This document shows, one piece after another, positions 13,338 through 27,252 of a stretch of DNA of 64,000 nucleotides. Both the position numbers and the translations under genes were made by a program. The notes under the pieces are model-generated. The model had not been told where the DNA came from. It did no database searches and saw only the letters and a list, made by a program, of their open reading frames with translations. Numbering within the stretch: the first letter of the stretch is position 1; every line of letters begins with the position of its first letter. Source of the stretch: the human T2T-CHM13v2.0 reference genome, Homo sapiens; NCBI GenBank assembly GCA_009914755.4, contig CP068257.2:33088001-33152000 (forward strand). The letters are read 5' to 3'.

Positions 13338-13854
13338 TTATGGGCATTTGAATTAGAGACAATCCATACTTCAGTTGTGAATCACAAAGACATTTTAAAG
13401 GAACCTTAAAGAGGCCTCCAAAGACACCCATGAACAGTCCTTGTCCAGGTGACTGGCATCGACACCCTGCTGGGTGTTCTTGTTCTACTTTTACGTGGAG
13501 TTGTAGGAAAGGAGCTGGTTCTGGGTGGTCTTCCCCAGCCCTGTCCCAACTCTGCCTTCAGCTCCGCCCCCAGCCCACACCTCTTGATTCTCCTAAAAAC
13601 CTACATGTGTGTAAGGAGGTAAGAAATATTCCAGAGCTGTTCTGCTGGACCAAAATCTTCATTACAGTGTGTTTTAAAAAACAAAATGCATTTGTTCTTC
13701 AAGAGATACCATACAAAATGTAAACATGGACGAATAATGAACAAATTCTTCTTTTCAGGCTGTGTGGAAGTTTTTCTGGACGGAGAGGATTCCATTCTCA
13801 ATTCTAGTTGCCCGAGAGGCTTGAAAATTAGTTCATAAAAACCCAAACTTTACC

Positions 13855-14146
<292 letters not shown>

Positions 14147-14645
14147 TCCAAACTTTCCTTAAGAACACAGAATGTCCTAAAGCAGGCTGGAAGGGAACAT
14201 GAGAGCATCACAAGGTTCTACTTTGTGGATACTGCAGCATACGGAAATGCAATGACAGAATCCGCCCAGAAGAGGACTTCCAGAGACCAGAGGTCTCAAT
14301 CATTTCCATTCTATAAGTCTATCTCTAAGAATTGATTATATGTTCAAGCCCTTCACCCCCAAGATAGGCGGACAGACAGACACACACACACACTAGACAC
14401 ACATACGTGTATACACCAATTTGTGACACCATTGTCACACACTCTCACATACTCATAAGCACACTCCCACAGACAGACATTCATGCACACCCTCCACCCC
14501 CACCCCGCATGCAGGATGAACTCCTTCCCCTCTCACCCTCCCCCAGTCGTAAGCAGTAACTCACTCTTAGCACAACCCACCCTGCCCTGAAGTTCCCCCT
14601 TCCAGTGGTTCATAATTAGGCTTTGGAAAATTTTAGATTAATGGC

Positions 14646-15042
<397 letters not shown>

Positions 15043-16184
15043 TAAGAGAACCAAGATGTCCTTCATTCTAAGCACACATAATTAACAAAGCCCTACATAC
15101 ATGAAATGGATGCATTGGGGGATGCTATTCACATGACAAAATGACTTCTCTTTCCATATATGGGTGTAAGTCTCAATTATCCTGTGGCCAATTTCCCTTC
15201 ACACATTGGTATTTTGGTTTAATAAATTACATGCATTTCAGGCCATGGCCACTTTGTAAGGGATGTGTGTGGCCTCTGGTCACAAAGGGACTGACTACAC
15301 TGTTCCTCAGGGCCTTTGCAGGTCTGGGGCGTCAGGAAGCCCTTTCTGCTTCTGGGATCTCAGGGACCCAGCAGGAGTGGCACCTGCCATTGCAGCTGGT
15401 GGATTGACACGGTCATTGTTCCCATTGCAGAGGGTTCTGGTGGAGTCCTCTATGAGCCTTGCCTTGAAGGAGGCCATTTAGGCAGGCAGAGTCGAAAGCT
15501 GCCTGGGGAAGTGGCGGGTCAAGTCATGGTCCAGAGGAAATTGTGTTCAGCAGCATGGAGCTGCATATTTGGGAGGAGGAAGCCATTTACTTAGGTTATA
15601 AGGCCTGGGATCGGGCCACCAATGGGATCTTATCCAACCTGTATTCATTTTACCCTTTTGTGGGACTGCCTACCCTATTGTTCAGTCCTACCCTATTGTT
15701 CTGGCTCCCATGGCCCCTGGCTCTGTAAGCTTGTCCTAACAACATTCTGGAAGAGAAACTATTTTTCTTGATGACACCTCCCTCTCCCATCTCTTCCTCG
15801 ATCCCCTTCTGTAGTGGATTCTGTGATGTACTCCTGGGTGAGTGGACAAGGACAGTAGCCATCAGTGGCTGGCCTAGGATTCCCCATGGTTCAGCCGATC
15901 TGCTGGGCTCTGTCTCCCTGCAAAGGCCTCTTTCCAGGTGGCTGACACTTGCGAGTCTGAGTTAGGTCTGTTTCTGAAGCTCTGACCTACACATGTAACC
16001 AGCACCTGCTAGGACATTCTGAGGCTCTTTAAATCTTTTGGATCTACCCAGGTTCCAGGAGAATTCCAGGGCCCGGGGACAGAACCGTCCTTGCTTAGAA
16101 TGCTTCTTGGTTTTGTTAAAGGGGATGTATTCAAATAGCATTAAGGTTTTTGTTTTCCTGCTTGCTTTTTCCTTCCTGGCGTTA

Positions 16185-16856
<672 letters not shown>

Positions 16857-18833
16857 ACCTCTGGCATATCTGAATGAACATTTAACCTCTCAGTCTCACT
16901 CTTCTCATCTGGAAAATTGGAACAATATCTCACAATCATGTAGAAGGTGGTATCTTAGAAGTTCTCTATAAAAGCTGCAAAGCAGCTGACTGTATACAAT
17001 TTAATTTTTCTGGAATTTGTTCTTCTTATGGGGTAACAGCCCTAAAAAACGTAATTTGTCAAAATGGACAGGGTTTGAGTTTACGAGTGTCTAAGACCTT
17101 GAACCTTCCTCACAGAGGCAGAAGGCGGTTATGCTCTGAATTCCTGGCTCCCTACAACAAGGCAGCACCCTGTGATATTGGTCATTACTCAGTTGTCCCC
17201 CTCGGCCGGTCACTGGGGGCTGTCCAGGGCAGGTCCAGCTGTCTGTCAGGCACAGTGAACTGGACAGCCTCCACAGTGGGCTGACAGCTCTATCTGGGAG
17301 CCCTCTAGTCTGGCTTGGAGACACTGTTTTCAGTTGTGTGATATTTACTTGAGGCTCTCAGGAGTGGAAAAGCAGATCAATCAATGTGGGTGGTCTCCCT
17401 AATGTCAAAGCCCTCCTCCCACCCAGGCCAGGCTCTCATCCTCACCACTAGGTGGCGCTTCCTCCCATTCCCTGTAGCCAGGTGGGCTTTACCTTGACAG
17501 GTACTATTGGGTTGACCCCCATGGACTGATGCCCACACAGCCTTGGGACTTCATCCAAACCTAGCCCAGCCCTCTGGGTGTCAGCCCAGGGTGGCCCACG
17601 CATCAAAGGGTGGCCTTTCCGGGCCAGAGAAGCCAAGCGTGAAATGACCCTGCTGGTCTCAGCCCCAGCTTCCAGGACGGCCACACCCAGGCTGTGTTTT
17701 CTGATGTGCTAAGGAGTGTCTGCAGGAGGAGGAGGAGCTCCCCTCTGTCCTGTGGCTTTCTGTTTTGCCATGGAAATACCTTCAAGGACAAGAAGGCCCT
17801 TGTCACGCCTAACTCGAAGACAACTTGCTCTTGGTACCTCTCACCCATTTTCTTTTTGTGAAAACAGACAGTGTTGGGGGAGTAGCTGGGCACCACCTCA
17901 TGTACTTCAGAAGTTGGAGAGAACTCTCTGACCACTCTGAAACCTTCCCTCTCCAAACCCAGGAGCCCATGGCTCAGAGATGGGTAAGGAGCTGATGGAA
18001 GGGGCAAGGTTCTGGATCCTGAGGTCCGAGACTCCTGCTTCCTTTCCTTGCTAGCCCTGGCTCTTGGGGCCAGCACACCTCCCTGGGCCCACCTGTCCTC
18101 ATAGCTCCTGCCCCAGAAGGCCCAGGGCAGCCTGTGCAGGTGGTCAGTGGGAGAAGGCAGTCTCCCCGCTGCACCCCATGGCTGTGTCCCCCAAACTTCC
18201 TCTATGGCTCCTCGCCTGACCCTGAGGGATGGGGGCGCTGCACATGGTGGGGTCAGAGGGTAAGGAAGTGGGGTTCCGCTGCTGGTGGGAGCACAGAGAT
18301 CACTGCTGGACACTCAAGCGTCCATGGGGATGAGCCCCTATCCTATGGCCAAATTAATTGTTCCCCCATTAATTGCCAAGCAATCAATACATCCATTTAT
18401 TTGATTTCATTGTATAACTGTATTGAAAACAGTCCGGGGTCTGGACACCTGGTCCCTCTGGCTGGCCAGGTCTTGGTCCTTGGACTACCATCTAGTCTGT
18501 GCCTCAGCTGTTTTGCTGGCTGAGAAGAAGAAAAAAGTGATGATTTTACTGTGATATGTTTGTGACTTTTATCACAATGCAGTGCTCAGCTCCTCTGTCA
18601 CCAAAGCCTACCTTTTTTCTGGCTCTTTTTTGGATCCTGGAGGGCTGACTTAAGCAAATCCTTAGTAAAGGAAAGAACCCAGCAGCCTCTCCTCAAACCA
18701 GTAGGCAGCTTCCATACAGCCTCACAGACAGGTGGCCCAGGAGTGACTTTATCCACATTTTTCTGCTCAGAAAAACAAACCACCAAATCTAAAAAAGAGA
18801 TTGACCTTGAGGTTTCCAGGAACAGGACTTAAA

Positions 18834-18910
18834 GGGGTGTGGAGAAGGGGTGGGGAAGGGGTAAGGAAGAGATAGGGAGGGAGGAAGGGAGGAAATGGGA
18901 GGAGAGAGAC
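18834..18910 (+). other. G-rich purine tract with a canonical G-quadruplex motif (GGGG-N9-GGGG-T-GGGG-AA-GGGG)
   Basis: AAAGGGGTGTGGAGAAGGGGTGGGGAAGGGGTAAGGAAGAGATAGGGAGGGAGGAAGGGAGGAAATGGGAGGAGAG read directly. Confidence 0.6.
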
Positions 18911-20183
18911 TCCATGGCAACGGCAGAGGAGATTGTGGCACAGGCCACAGGTGTGTAAGCCCCATAGACCTTCTGGGAAGCTGCAATTTGCTTTGTGATG
19001 AGATTTGTGAATAGGGGGAGGCCAGTGGCCCCCAGACCTGCCTGGACACTCTTCCCGGACTCCAGCCAGCCCTTTCTTGTCATTTCATGTGTTAAATCAT
19101 TTAAAATGTATAGAGTAGTATATACTTATCATTTGGATACATTTTCCCCAAAATGTGGACTGAACTAAGATAAAAGAAAAAACACAAGTTATTTTCCTAA
19201 GGTTCTTTGCCTCTTCATTTTTATATGTGTCACTGACTGAGCTGCAGAGGCCTGTTTCTGGTCACATGATTCCTTCTCATGATCTTGGGATCTCCCACAT
19301 TTGGAGCCAAGAAAGAGAGAAAATGAGATAGGAAGGTGCCTGGAGTTCTTGGACAGTGCTGAGTGGTAGGACTTGCTTTGCCTCCATTGGTATCTTTCAA
19401 TGGCTTGTTTTTGTTTTTGTTGTTGTTGTTTTTCAGCTCATAAATGACTTACTGGTCCCAAAAGACAGTATTGTTCACAAGAAAAACTTTGGGTCTTTTG
19501 ATGGTAGTTCAGGCGCTGGGCAGACCTTTCTGCTGCATACTTTGGCACATTTTCACCAGCTTGGGCAAGGGAAAGAATTTGTTGTTTCGAGTACAGTACT
19601 GGAATGCATAAAGATTAAAAAGAAGGCAACAAAAATGCTCTTGCTTTTAAAAAATGTGCAATTCCAATGAGAAAATAGAATAGTGGCCAGAAAGAGACCC
19701 AAGAACAAGTATCGTGGAAACCAAATGAATAAGTGGGCGAAGTATACACTTAAGAACTTTTGCAAAGTTGCCGAGGCTGAGGGGCTGCTACCACAAATAA
19801 AGTAATGAGAGTGATGATATACATTTGCAGAGCAGTTTACAGTGTGCAAAGCCTACACAAGCACTGTGTCGTTCCAGAGGTCATGAGTGTGTGTCACTCA
19901 CTGATGAGGAGGTTGTGACGGCAGCCACCTCGCTTGCCTGGTGGTCATGCAGGTCTTGCCTAGTAGTCATGCAGGGGTCTTATTTGCTTCTCCCTCATGA
20001 GTAAAGGGTGTGGGGCACCACAAGGACTCTGTTCTGCCAACTTTGGGGGCCTTGCCCCATCTAGAGGGGGCAGAACGTTTCAGTTGGAGAATTGGTGGCT
20101 TAAAGGCTTACTGATGGCAGTAGACGGAGGGAAGAGTGATGGCTGAAGGCTCGTCTGCCTGGAATCTTTCATCTGAAAACTAA

Positions 20184-20621
<438 letters not shown>

Positions 20622-21604
20622 TGAATGAGAATCTCTGGGCTTGGACATTGGTGTTGTTAAACTCTCCCCAGGTGATTCTCAGGGGGAGCAGGATTAACAG
20701 CCATTGGCTGGATGCTCTGTAAAGTGATTTCTAGCTCTGTCTAATGTCTGGGGGATGGGTTAAAACAGCATCTGGTGGGACTGGGCGACGAACAGAAGTG
20801 ATAGAGAAGGCTGCACCTACCAAGTATTTCTACTCTTGGGGAAGTTGGTTGAGATTAGCTCTGGGCGCACATATAAAACCCAGTGTACTGGATTATACAG
20901 AGTCCCCTCAAAATTCGTGTCTACCCAAAGACTCTGAATGTGATCTTATTTGGAAAAAGGGTCTCTGCCAAGGTAACTGGTAAGTTTGGATGAGCTCATG
21001 CTAGATTAAGGTGGGCACTAAGCCCTATGTGACGCATGTCCTCAAAAGAAGAGAAGACACACAGACACACACAGAGGAGAAGGCCATGTGAGAACAGAGG
21101 AAGAGGCTGGAGTGATGCAGCCACAGCCAAGGAAGGGCGAGGATGGTCACCAACCGGCAGAAGCTGGGAGAGGCAAGGAAAGATTCTTCCTTCCAGCCTT
21201 TGAAGGGAGCACAGCCCTGCTGACACCTGGATTTGAGACTCCTGGCCTCCAGAACAGTGAGAGAATAATACGCTTCTGTTGTTTTCATCCACCCAGTCTG
21301 TGGTATTTTGTTACTGCAGCCACAGGAAACTAAGCCACTCGGTAAGGTTTGGGTCTCAAGACAGCTGAATCACCTCGTCATTGCTTAGCAATGAAAGATG
21401 CTAGAGCTGATAGCACAGCTAACATGAGAGGAAAGCTGGGCTGTCAGGAGAGCTGTGTCCTGTTTCCAGGCACAGCAAGGACAGCTGGGTTCAGACTGAA
21501 GCAAGACCCGAAATGGATGCCCTGTTGGAGAGCATTGGTGATTTACCCTACAGGCAACCATTGGCTCATTTTGTGCTACAGGAAAGGTGAGCAGATGGGA
21601 AGTA

Positions 21605-21715
21605 GCTGAAAGACTTGAGTTTTGGTCTTGCCTCTGTCACTTCTGGCTGTGTGGCTCTGGGAAAAGCAGCTAATGTCTCTGGACCTCAGTTCCTCATTTG
21701 TTAAGTGCAGGAACT
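21605..21715 (+). mobile_element. MIR SINE fragment
   Basis: CTCTGTCACTTCTGGCTGTGTGGCTCTGGGAAAAGCAGCTAATGTCTCTGGACCTCAGTTCCTCATTTGTTAAGTGCAGG matches the MIR core (GCCACTTACTAGCTGTGTGACCTTGGGCAAGT..CCTCAGTTTCCTCATCTGTAAAATGGG). Confidence 0.65.
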
Positions 21716-22289
21716 AGATGACATAATCTGCTATGCAGTTTCCAGCTGTTAAGTTCTAAACGCTAAGCCAGAGAGAGACAGGTTTAGCATCAGTAATAAC
21801 ATATGAGAATAGTCCCCCAGGCATAGGAATGCATCATGCTCCTTGCAGCTCATGCCCCAGGTCTGATTCTGAGTTCAGACATTGCTAGCCACTTGCTTTA
21901 GGGATTTTTGGTAGACATGTTGCTTTCTGGTACAGCTACTCCTAAATTTAGGACATTAATGTAGTCTGTGTCTAAATTAGCAATGTCTAATCATTCGATT
22001 GTCTAACATCAAAGGATTAATCACCTACAAGATCTAATGAGCTTCTTTTCCTAGAACACATTCTACATGATCAACCAGACCTTTGATGACCCCAACAGCC
22101 AGAGATCTTATGAGCCTTTCCCAGGACCCCCACCACCTGCCTCTCATCCATGCAGCAATTCATCAGGCCTGTATATAAAACAAGCCTTGACTTTGAGGAT
22201 TCACCTTGAGGGGAAAAGTGGGTCTAGAAAACATGGATATGGAGAAAATGTGGGTACGTTTCCTCTCTGCAGTTCCTAGGATGTCGCAT

Positions 22290-22870
22290 TAGTTTTCTGT
22301 CATGTAACCACAAACTTAGTGGCTTAACACAACTTGTATTTATCATCCCACAGCTTCCTTGAGTCAGGAATCTAGGCGAGGAGTAGCTGGGACTTTTGCT
22401 TCGGGTGTCACTGGCTAAACTCGAGGTCAGCCCAGGGTTGTGATTCTGATGTGAGTGAGATTCGAAGTCTGCTTCCAAGCTCACTGGTTGCTGATGGAAT
22501 TCTGCTCTTTGCATTTGTGGGACTGAGGGTCTCAGCTCTGAGAGACCACTCGCTTGCCACACAGCCTTCTCCATAACATGGCAGTTTGCTTCTTCAAGGC
22601 CAATGGGAGAATGTCTCTGCTGCCTCAAATCTTTCCGACTTTCTCCGTTTCTGACCTCTAGACCTTCTTTCAAAAGGCTCACATGATTAGGTCAGCCCCT
22701 CCCAGGATAGGTAGTCTCCACTCTGATTAACTTAAAGTCAACCGATGAAATCAGGCTGATAGGGGATAATGTCCCAAAACAGTCAACTGATAAGGAACTT
22801 CAGTTACATATGCAAAATCCCTTCCCCTTTGCCCTATAATGCAGGCTAATCAGAGGAGTGGTATTCCATC
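22290..22870 (+). mobile_element. Ancient interspersed repeat (unclassified MER/LTR-like), copy 1. A related copy lies at 46700-47180.
   Basis: CCACAAACTTAGTGGCTTAACACAACTTGTATTTATCATCCCACAGCTTCCTTGAGTCAGGAATCTAGG... is shared with ...GGCTTAAAACAACAGAAATGTATTGTCTCACAGTTCTGGAGGCCAGAAGTCCAAAACCAAGG... at 46.7 kb. Confidence 0.5.
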
Positions 22871-23827
22871 GTATTCATAGGTCCTACCCACCCTCGAGTG
22901 TGGGAGAGTTACACAGGGCATGAACACCAAGGCCCAGGAATCTTGGGGTCATCTTCAAATTATCCTGCTAGAGATGAGTCTGGGGATCTGTGATAACTCT
23001 TCCAGGGGAAGTCGCCCTCATCAATACACAAGCCAGGGTTGAGATCAGCTGGGATAGTAAAACCTCACTTTTTCAGGGGGTCCCAGGCCATACCCTAGCA
23101 TCAGGTGTCTGCTGCATATCTTCTTGGCAAGTTTCCTTGAGACACTTTTACTTCTAATCCTTAGGCTCAAACACCTGTGGAGCGGGAAGTATGGCATTTC
23201 CGCGAAGTCCTCTTGACTTGAGTCCCAGGTCCCTCTGACAAAGCAGGAGTTTGTTGACCTGCTAGTCCTGGCACCAAATGTACCTATTTACTCAGCTTTT
23301 GCCAGAGGGTGGGGAGAGAGGGTGGAGAAGAAGGAAGGGCTCTTTTGCAGTTGGTCAATGAAATGCTTTGTTATAATTTTGCTTCATGTTGTGCAGGTGG
23401 CCAAGTGTCTTGGGTACAAGGTAAACAGATTTCTCCCCCTTGGTCTTCCCTGCATTCAGTCCCCAGCCAGTGGGTCACATTCAGAATAATAATAGGAATA
23501 ATAAAGGTCACAGTCCCTGCTGCTGTAAGAAAGATTATCTTTAGAAAGAAACAAATAGTCTGGGAGGAGTTACGTGGAGTTTAGAAAAACAAAACAGACA
23601 CCAACTTGTCCTGATTCTCTGTGAGTTTCATCCCGTGTTATTCATCAATGCCTGTTTGGTGGTTTCATGTCTTGATGCATCTTTTATTGTCCATCCTTTG
23701 GCCATGGATACTCTTGGATGATGCATCAAACCAAGCATAGTTTTTCAAGTGACAAGAGTTGTGGGGATAATGGACTGGGTTTCTCTTACTTGTGTTGCAA
23801 GACACTTCAGAGTCATAAGCCTACGGA

Positions 23828-24139
23828 TTTTTGTTTGTTTGTTTGCTTTTTATTTTTTGAGATGGAGTCTTGCTCTGTCACCCAGCCTGGAGTGCAGTGG
23901 CGCACTCTCAGCTCACTCAACCTCTGCTTCCCAGGTTCAAGCGATTCTCCTGCCTCAGCCTCCTGAGTAGCTGGCATTACAAGTGTGCACCATCATGCCC
24001 AGTTAATTTTTATATTTTTAGTAGAGATAGGGTTTCACCATGTTGGCCAGACTGGTTTCAAACTCCTGTCCTCAAGTGATCCACCCACCTTGGCCTCCCA
24101 AAGTGCTGAGATTACAGGTGTGAGCCACTACGACTGGCC
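23828..24139 (-). mobile_element. Alu (minus)
   Basis: T-rich tail then GAGATGGAGTCTTGCTCTGTCACCCAGCCTGGAGTGCAGTGGCGCACTCTCAGCTCACT...GAGATTACAGGTGTGAGCCACTACGACTGGCC. Confidence 0.9.
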
Positions 24140-27100
24140 AAGCCTATGGATTTTAAATTACGAGGACATGAAAATCGCTGTCAAAATAAGAACGCTGAGT
24201 TGGAGAGTGGAGGTAAAAATGTCACTCTGGGTTTGTGTGGACACAAGAACCAAGAGAGGCCTCCTTGTAAAATGAAACATGTCAGAGCAGACACTACGTG
24301 GCCAGAGACCTAGTCCCCAGACCTCAGACTTCTTAGTGCACAATGAGAAATCTGGCCTACACGTTGTCTCCAGAGTTCTTTTTTTTAGCAGTAAAATGCC
24401 TTGATTCTATATGACACACAATTCTCCACACAGCCTGTGTAGCTATGTCATGACTTTACAACTTTCATAAGAGCCACTTCCAAATAAGTCATGAACATCT
24501 CACAGCAGGAAGAGATGGCAGGTGACCAGCTCTCAAGTTTGGGTTGGTTTGCTAATTTTCACCAGAAAATCATCTCCTGGGGACAGATATTAAATAATGC
24601 AATGCCATTATGTCTTAAAAAATTAAATTAAAATTTAAAAAATACTATTTACCATTCTGGTTCTTGAGTTTTTATGTTCTGGGAACAAAATAACATTTTT
24701 ATTTTGTTTTGAGAGAGATAAAAACAACCAAGGCATTCTGACTTTGTTCTCAGTAGCTATCTCATTATTAAAGTTGAATGCAATAAAAGCAGTTTCCTTG
24801 GTGAGAAATGAATATATGGTTTCAACCACAATATGTCTTCACAGATAAAATGATTCCTATCTGTATTAATAAGAACATTTTCTGGGCCTCCCTGTGAATG
24901 TGATCTTCACAGAATAACATGTTCCCACCTTGTCCTGAGGACCAGATCCAAGAAATGTTCTCCACGAGTATAGGTGAGATTTGACTTGGCTCTGTAAGAC
25001 ATTTCCGGGTAGGAATAATTACTAGACACCGAAATGGCTGAAATGAGGGGGAACGACGTTTCCTCTCAGGAGATCTTGATAAAGGAAACATCTCCTCTCT
25101 CGGAGATGTCCTAGGTTGGCCCTGTCCGGCAGCCAGAGAACTGGTTAGATCACCTATCAGAGTGATATCAATGATGTTGATTTTCTGTGAAAGAGCTTCT
25201 ACTCGGTATTTCTGAGAAGTCTGACAATTCATTTCCATTTTTAAAGAGGAGAAGCTTTTGAAACGCAGTGGCACTCACAGGCAAAATTTGAAACGCTACC
25301 CTCAGGGACCACCATGTTCGCAATGCCAAGGCAGGGGCCTTTTGCACCTGGAATACTAGGCTTCCCTGTTTTGGTGAAGCCCCTGAGGTGTTTTCCTGAT
25401 GGGCTTGATAGTGCAATGGTGATTTCCCACCCCAGGAAATCTAATCCTTAAATCCCGAGATCACAAGAGCCTTCTCTGTTTGCTCAATGGAGTCTGGCCA
25501 GTCCTGGCTCTCTCCCATGCTGTGTAAAAGTTTGGATCTAGAACTCAGAGTCTGATTATTCGCTAATGCCTGAAGCTCATTTTTGTGGCACCATGTAATA
25601 TCAGGAGAATGGCAGGTCCCAGCTGCCCACTTTCCCTCTCCCCATCCTCAGGCCTTCAGGATATACCGTTTATACATGTGCATATGTGTTTGACAATATG
25701 AAACATACGGATTTCAGATCCCCTCTTCATAAGGGGAATGGAGGAGGAAGTTGAAGTGGATGAGAATCCAGGAACAGGGTTTAGCATTGGTGAGAGTGGC
25801 AAGATGACTCAGTCTTGGATTTTTAATCAAGGGATCTTAGTGAAGAACAGCATATCCTTTGTTGGGCAGAATATAAAAATGCAAAACAGAAGCCAGTAGA
25901 GATTTAATAAACAGAGCAATCAGTAGGGCTTGGCAGGGAGATGGGCACACAATGGCTGCTTTAACCTGGTAGAGATGAGCTTTGGTGCGATGGTGAATGT
26001 TGGTTTCCATTGACATTGACTTGAGTTGACTCAGGAGTCAATGAAGAACATTTTGGATCAATTTGGATGATTATCCACAAGCAGTAATCCTACAGTGTTC
26101 ACTGTTTTCCAGAACTTTTAAAACAATAGAAAGGGTTATTCAGGGATAAAGCATTTTTCCTTTTTCAAATGCTTTCAGAGTTTGGCTCACCTTATTTGGG
26201 TGAGGCATATAAGTATGGTTAGTGTGGGTATTGAGGCTACCAAACAGTTGTAGATGTTTCTTTAAGACCAATCTTACCAGTCTTATTCCCCATCTTTCTT
26301 TCTCCTACCTCCTGAACTGGGACTCAAAATGACTGGGCAAAACATTGCGTGGCCTTGGGCAAATTGTTTGATTTTGCTGAATCTCAACTTACTCACCTGG
26401 AAAACACCTTTTCTACCCAGCTCTTGGAACTGTTATGAGAATGAATGGGAAAGTGCATAAAAATTGGAAATACTAGATACAAGCAAAGATTATGTTTTCT
26501 CCTGGTTTGGGGCTAGGTTTTTGTATACAATAAGTGTTTCCATCAGAAGCAATTGACACCAATGCAGAGCCATCAATAGGAGGAGAATTTGCATTTGGAC
26601 AACTCCTTGAAGGATGAAGAAAGAGGCTTCAGGAGGCAGAGCAGCCTTATGGGCAGAGAGCTGAGTGGAAGAATCAAGTCAGTCTGTTGTGGAGGAGGCC
26701 TTGAATAGGCCACTTTTTCTCCTCAATGCCAACAAGAATCACACCTGTCTTTTTGAGATTGCAAGAGGAAATGGAAGAAAAATTATCTTGACCTTGTCTA
26801 AGCAACAGTGTCAAGGGGTGCTATCTCACTCCAAAATACTTTTAATGTTAACTGCCTAGCTCTGTCCCAGATACCGTTTGTCCCTGAAAAACCTCCTCAG
26901 GAAGAGCCCCTCGACCTGGGAGCCTGGAAGGAGGTTCTCTTTGAATCTAGGTTGCTTCTGAAGCCATAGCCAAGCACAAGCCAAGATGTGGATAAGGGGA
27001 CCCTTATCAACATCTAGTCTGATTGACTTCCTCTAGTTGAAAACGCATGGGAAGGGCCTTGAAAGGCATAAGTCATATTTCTGCCTTCTGTGCTTTTAGC

Positions 27101-27172
27101 TGTTCCCCATTGTATCATCTAGATTGTGAGTCACTGTTAAAAATGACCATAAATCTTTAGAGAAAGCAAGTA

Positions 27173-27252
27173 TTAGGTTGGTGCAAAAGGAATTTCAGTT
27201 TTCGCCATGAAAAGAGATGGCAAAACCAGCAATTCCTTTTGCGCCAACCTAA
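27173..27252. mobile_element. MADE1 (Hsmar1-derived mariner MITE), 80-bp near-perfect palindrome flanked by a TA target-site duplication
   Basis: TTAGGTTGGTGCAAAAGGAATTTCAGTTTTCGCCATGAAAAGAGATGGCAAAACCAGCAATTCCTTTTGCGCCAACCTAA matches the MADE1 consensus TTAGGTTGGTGCAAAAGTAATTGCGGTTTTTGCCATTAAAAGTAATGGCAAAAACCGCAATTACTTTTGCACCAACCTAA. TA lies at 27171-72 and 27253-54. Confidence 0.9.

Noticed and set aside
17603-18313. Longest ORF in the window (236 aa, minus strand)
   Set aside because: Pro/Ser/Leu/Arg-rich low-complexity translation of a GC-rich non-coding stretch. It has no recognisable domain and no splice or initiation context. It is typical of chance ORFs in GC-rich human intergenic DNA.
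27173-27252. 80-bp palindrome read as a tRNA or snRNA-like gene, or a bacterial terminator
   Set aside because: It is an exact structural match to the MADE1 mariner MITE, with terminal inverted repeats and a TA target-site duplication. There are no A/B box or snRNA motifs.
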